Positions 45,712 to 64,000 of a stretch of 64,000 bases of DNA are shown here, piece after piece (within the stretch, counting starts at the first letter, position 1; every line of letters begins with the position of its first letter). The notes under the pieces are model-generated. The model worked only from the letters and a program-made list of their open reading frames with translations, ran no database searches and was not told the origin of the DNA. The stretch is from Macrostomum lignano. Lineage: Eukaryota. The stretch is from positions 395,961-459,960 of the forward strand of contig NIVC01000036.1 of assembly GCA_002269645.1 (NCBI GenBank). The letters run 5' to 3'. Position numbers and translations under genes: made by a program.

Positions 45712-47200
45712 GACACTCAGTTTATTAGTGCTCAGGCACTCAGTTTATTAGTGCTCAGGCACTCAGTTTATTAGTGCTCAGACACTCAGTTTATTAGTGC
45801 TCAGGCACTCAGCTTAGCTTCTATAAACACTTTCAATTTAGCTCATAAACACACCCAATTTAGCTCATAAACACACTCAATTCATCTCACAAACACACTC
45901 AATTTAGCTCACAAACACACTCAATTCATCTCACAAACACACTCAATTTAGCTCACAAACACACTCAATTCAGCTCATAAACACACTCAATTCAGCTCAT
46001 AAACACACTCAATTCAGCTCATAAACACACTCAATTCAGCTCATAAACACACTCAATTCAGCTCATAAACACACTCAATTTAGCTCATAAACACACCCAA
46101 TTCAACTCACAAACACACTCAATTCATCTCACAAACACACTCAATTTAGCTCACAAACACACTCAATTTAGCTCACAAACACACTCAATTTAGCTCACAA
46201 ACACACTCAATTTAGCTCACAAACACACTCAATTCAGCTCATAAACACACTCAATTCAGCTCATAAACACACTCAATTCAGCTCATAAACACACTCAATT
46301 CAGCTCATAAACACACCCAATTCAACTCACAAACACACTCAATTTAGCTCACAAACACACTCAATTCAGCTCATAAACACACTCAATTCAGCTCACAAAC
46401 ACACTCAATTTAGCTCACAAACACACTCAATTCAGCTCATAAACACACCCAGTTTAGCTCATAAACACACTCAATTCAGCTCATAAACACACTCAATTCA
46501 GCTTATAAACACACTCAATTCAGCTCATAAACACACTCAATTCAGCTTATAAACACACTCAATTCAGCTCATAAACACACCCAATTCAGCTTATAAACAC
46601 ACTCAATTCAGCTCATAAACACACCCAGTTTAGCTCACAAACACACTCAGTTCAGCTCACAAACACACCCAGTTCAGCTCATAAACACACCCAGTTCAGC
46701 TCATAAACATACCCAGTTCAGCTCATAAACACACTCAATTCAGCTCATAAACACACTCAATTCAGTTCACAAACACACTCAATTCAGCTCACAAACACAC
46801 TCAATTCAGCTCATAAACACACCCAGTTTAGCTCACAATCACACCCAGTTCAGCTCATAAACACACTCAATTCAGCTCATAAACACACTCAATTCAGTTC
46901 ACAAACACACTCAATTCAGCTCACAAACACACTCAATTCAGCTCATAAACACACCCAGTTTAGCTCACAATCACACCCAGTTCAGCTCATAAACACACCC
47001 AGTTTAGCTCATAAACACACCCAGTTCAGCTCATAAACACACCCAGTTTAGCTCACAATCACACCCAGTTCAGCTCATAAACACACCCAGTTTAGCTCAT
47101 AAACACACCCAGTTCAGCTCATAAACACACCCAGTTCAGCTCATAAACACACCCAATTCAGCTCATAAACATACCCAGTTCAGCTCATAAACACACGGAG
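45712..47200. repeat. 22-23-bp minisatellites: a short CACTCAGTTTATTAGTGCTCAGG block, then a long CACTCAATTCAGCTCATAAACA array
   Basis: Directly visible. Confidence 0.95.
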
Positions 47201-47529
47201 TTCAGCTTTAAAATTCAATGAAGTCATTGAAATGGAGCCTCAATAAAGAAAAGAATAACTGGGATTCGTCCTAGTCAGTTTCCATCCCAGATGACTCAGT
47301 CTTAGTAGTCCATGGTCGGGCACTGGATAAACAACCAATCTACTCCATCATGTTATCTATCAACACACTTGTACTACACTCGCTACCTGTGGTCATGCCG
47401 AGTTTTTTTCCTGATTTACCAACTGACACGTGGAACTTTATTACACTGGTATGTGCATTGAATTTATTGAATAAAAAAATCTTTTCAATTAACTTGACCC
47501 TGCTAGGCCAACATTTCTTTAATCTTGAA

Positions 47530-48300
47530 ATCTCGTCTTCCAATCTCAGTGTCTCCTCTCCCAATCCCAGTGTCTCATGTCCCAATCTCAGTGTCTCATG
47601 TCCCAATCTCAGTGTCTCATGTCCTAATCTCAGTGTCTCATCTCCCAATCTCAGTGTCTCATCTCCCAATCTCAGTGTCTCATGTCCCAATCTCAGTGTC
47701 TCATGTCCTAATCTCAGTGTCTCATCTCCCAATCTCAGTGTCTCATCTCCCAATCTCAGTATCTCATCTCCCAATCTCAGTGTCTCATGTCCCAATCTCA
47801 GTGTCTCATGTCCTAATCTCAGTGTCTCATCTCCCAATCTCAGTGTCTCAAATCCAATCTTTGTGTCTCATATCCCAATCTCTATGTCTCATCTCTTAAT
47901 CCCAGTGTCTCGTCTCCCAATCTCAGTGTCTCATCTCCCAATCTCAGTATCTCATCTCCCAATCTCAGTATCTCATCTCCCAATCTTAGTGTCTCATCTC
48001 CCAATCTCAATGTCTCATCTCCCAATCTCAGTGTCTCATCTCCCAATCTCAGTATCTCATCTCCCAATCTCAGTATCTCATCTCCCAATCTTAGTGTCTC
48101 ATCTCCCAATCTCAGTATCTCATCTCCCAATCTCAGTATCTCATCTCCCAATCTTAGTGTCTCATCTCCCAATCTCAATGTCTCATCTCCCAATCTCAGT
48201 GTCTCATCTCCCAATCTAGTATCTCATCTTCCGATCTCAGTATCTCATCTCCCAATCTCAGTGTCTCATCTCCCAATCTCAGTGTCTCATCTCTCAATCC
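47530..48300. repeat. 21-bp minisatellite (CTCCCAATCTCAGTGTCTCAT)
   Basis: Directly visible. Confidence 0.95.
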
Positions 48301-48410
48301 CAAAATATCATTTATCCCCAATCTCCTCTCGAAGTCTCCACCTAGTCTAATATTTGCATCTATTAGTAAGGTTTATTATATATTAAATAAAAATTTGACC
48401 ACGGCCAAAC

Positions 48411-48654
48411 CTGAAGCCCCACCCCAGAAAGTTGATCGGCTTTCAACCCGCTTGGGAGGGGGGGGGCGGTCGACGCAAAGCACAGTGCGGACTCAGGTTT
48501 CCTCAGTAATGCTTCCTGCCTTTCAGCCAGTTCTTCAAGCCCTGTCTCGAGACATTCAAAAAGAGGCTGGCTTTGTCTTTGTAAATTTATCCGATACGAA
48601 AATTTTCTCTGCTCAAGGCTGCTCAAATCTTCTCGAAATAATCCTTTGAGTGAG
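48411..48654 (-). other. Exon-like island between arrays; gene and strand unresolved
   Basis: Minus strand: ATCAG acceptor and CAG|GTTTGG donor around an open, helical-looking frame (SLKGLFREDLSSLEQRKF...GLQ). Plus-strand frames are also open across it, so no gene model could be fixed. Confidence 0.35.
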
Positions 48655-48714
48655 CTGATAGTGCCAAGTAAGCAATCATAAGGAGATAAAAATACACAAA
48701 ATACGTAAAAAACA

Positions 48715-49000
<286 letters not shown>

Positions 49001-49269
49001 AGATAGCGAGAAAGAGCGAGCGAAGCGAGCTCTTTCGAGCTTGCTTGCCGCAGCCAATCAAGCTGAAAGCACGCACACAAGATCACCGGAAACGATTAAG
49101 GCAGCTGGAAAGCCAATGGGCGCGGTAAGCGCTTTTATCCAGAGGAACTACCTGCTGGAACCAGCCATGCCGAACGAAAATCAGACTACTCAAGTAGTGC
49201 AAAAGAGTACGTGCAACTACCGAGAAATCTAATTTTCGTAACCGCTCCGGTGCAGGTCCTGGCTATAGA

Positions 49270-50293
<1,024 letters not shown>

Positions 50294-51519
50294 TACAGAT
50301 TATGCATTGAATTATGAATGAATTGAACTACTAAAATTCGAAAACATTAGGCAGGATGCAATTCAAATCGTCAGTATGTCATATATTAACGCAAATAGTT
50401 GAAGAATTCCTTGGGATCAACATAAATTAACTTTAACTGTCGCGCACAACATCAATACTCATAGTAGCGTATACTGGATCAAAAAAGATACGTATTTAAA
50501 ACAAAAAACAGTAAAATTCAAATAATGTACAGTACGAGCATAGGTGGTGACACACTTCAAGAAAAAATACGCAATTATAACTGCCAAATTCGATTGTCAA
50601 GTTAACAAAAATAAACTTGAAATAAACATTTTTACTGTAAATTTACCAGCAAAAAAGACTGACGGAAAGTAAGATCAGTAAGCCAAGAAGATTTTGTTAA
50701 TCCGACAAGACGAGACAGACCATGGACAGATTTATAAGTGGCGAATGAGCGACAGAGCGATTCCGATTAAACAGTTCATATTTTTAACACATGCATATAA
50801 AAATTTACTATCTACAGGTTATTTGGTTGATTAAAGAAATATCGAAAGTTGCAAGGATTAGAAGATTAAATGAATGAAAAATATCATTAGCTTATTGGAT
50901 TTTCTGACCTCAAAATTTTGACATGTATTATTTCAGTAGCTACCTAAACGAGTTGCTGAAGACTCAAAACTGTCAGCGAAATGTATTATTTTAATTATTA
51001 TTGAATTTCACCGGAGAACAACACAAAATTTTTGAGAAAATTTTTTAGGTGAAATGTCATATAAAGAGGCATGCATGATCAGTTGATTGATGTCATTTAG
51101 GAATGAAAAAGCCATCATTTTAGAGTTTTTCGTTTAAAAGAGAGTAAAATTCGAACAATTAATGCTGTATATTCAAAAGTTGTATAGCTAGCTAGCGCAA
51201 AAAATACATTCCGGATTTGTAAGCCAGATTATAACGAAAATTCGCGTGATTGAAAATAATCCAAGCGCAACAAATGTATGTACACTCGTCGTGGCAATGT
51301 ACGTTTCAGCTATTAGTGTGGCTGTTGGGGAGGTCAGCAAGCTGTTTCTCTTTCACCAGCAAGGTTCGTGGGGGGTAGAACAGTTGCGCCTGGAAGGCTA
51401 ATTAGTGTACACATTCAGAGTACAATCAAATAAGGAAGAGTTAGGGCGGTAAGTACGAGGAAATACCGCGGGAAAATCTAAAGCTAGGAGAGCTATTTTT
51501 AGAACACTGGTAATTCTAA

Positions 51520-62982
<11,463 letters not shown>

Positions 62983-64000
62983 TTCTGATTCTAAAAATAG
63001 AAATGAAGAGCAAACTATTTCTAACTAATTATATGACGAAGGATCTTTGTAATAAAATTTGTGTATAGTTACTCGCGCCGTCTACTTTCTCAATTTTGTA
63101 GCTTTTGAATGCGATTTATTAATGACGATAACAGAACTCCCCTGAAACTGTTTAGATGCATCGGACTACACCATAAACCCAAATTGGTTTTAAAGCACCG
63201 CATGTAGGCCAAAAATAACATTGTAGAAGGCATTTTAATATGCTTTCTTTTAGAAGCAGTGTTTCAACGCATACTTAATGCAGGCATAGCTCTGGGGGTG
63301 GTCCGATCTGATTCCTTGTGGACTTGTTTTTTAGCACCTTCCACCAGGTGAACAGATTCCATTCAGATTCTTAGGCGTATAGAATAACGCTTAGCTCCAT
63401 CATAGGCGGTCATTCGACCCCACGAGTGAAATCTCTTAGGTGCGAAAGATGGGTCTTTGTCTTTCGATTTTATGGTTTCTAAAACTAACTGTTGGGATCT
63501 ATAAATATATACATGTGGGATCTGAAACCGTCTGAGAAGACCCAGATTATGGGACAACTATCTCATTATGCTTAAAAATCAATGCAGCAATCTCCCTGCC
63601 TGCATAATATGCTAGAGCATGGATACCGAAGTTTGTGAGGCAAAATTTTGTCAATTAATAAACTATTATGGGCAGCGTTAAACTTTGATTTAACCGCATA
63701 ACCCATGGCAGTTCAAAACATTTTTTACCTGCATTTTTAGCCCTCCACCCAAAAAAATCAGTTGGCAACCAAGCGCGATGAAGGAGGGGATCAGGGAAGC
63801 CACATGCAGTTTTTTAATATCATTTTACAGGTTGACTTCAATGATGGCTTGTAGGATTTAACGCGCGATTCAAACTTGAATAATAATCATGATAATATTA
63901 GTCAATTATAAGGTTACTTTGTAGCTAAGTGTCTAGCGGCTTTATACAGCAACTCATTTTGATTTATTACCAGAGTTAAAGATGATTTCACTCAATTATT

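Noticed and set aside
63300-63560. Short minus-strand ORF vaguely like a Tc1/mariner fragment (FHSWGRMTAYDG)
   Set aside because: Too short, with no recognisable DDE spacing or TIRs.

Overview
This is eukaryotic (animal) genomic DNA, not prokaryotic. GC-rich spliced exons are separated by introns that are mostly filled with tandem repeats. A two-DNA-binding-domain nuclear receptor, a TTAGGG-containing satellite and poly-Q/poly-A exons suggest an invertebrate, plausibly a free-living flatworm of the Macrostomum type (inference). Ten genes could be rebuilt by hand from GT-AG sites with consistent codon phases: an M6PR/ATG27-like receptor (+), a CAP59/CMT1-like GT-A glycosyltransferase (-), a protein with a ubiquitin/SUMO-like domain (-), a 14-exon divergent HYOU1/GRP170 (-), TFIIS (+, head-to-head with the HYOU1-like gene), an orphan secreted protein (-), an AIG1/GIMAP GTPase with an intronless CDS (-), two orphan multi-exon genes (+), and a 2DBD nuclear receptor (-) with a 1-nt frameshift and a degenerate ligand-binding domain. 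Mobile DNA comprises a 700-bp MITE with ~260-bp TIRs and a 6-bp TSD, and two dispersed SINE-like families with two copies each. The most striking structural pattern is that nearly every long intron looks like a ~50-170-nt core intron inflated by its own unrelated minisatellite. Most long ORFs in the supplied track are translations of these repeats. All family assignments rest on motif recognition from memory; no database search or alignment was run. Repeat boundaries and copy numbers are approximate.
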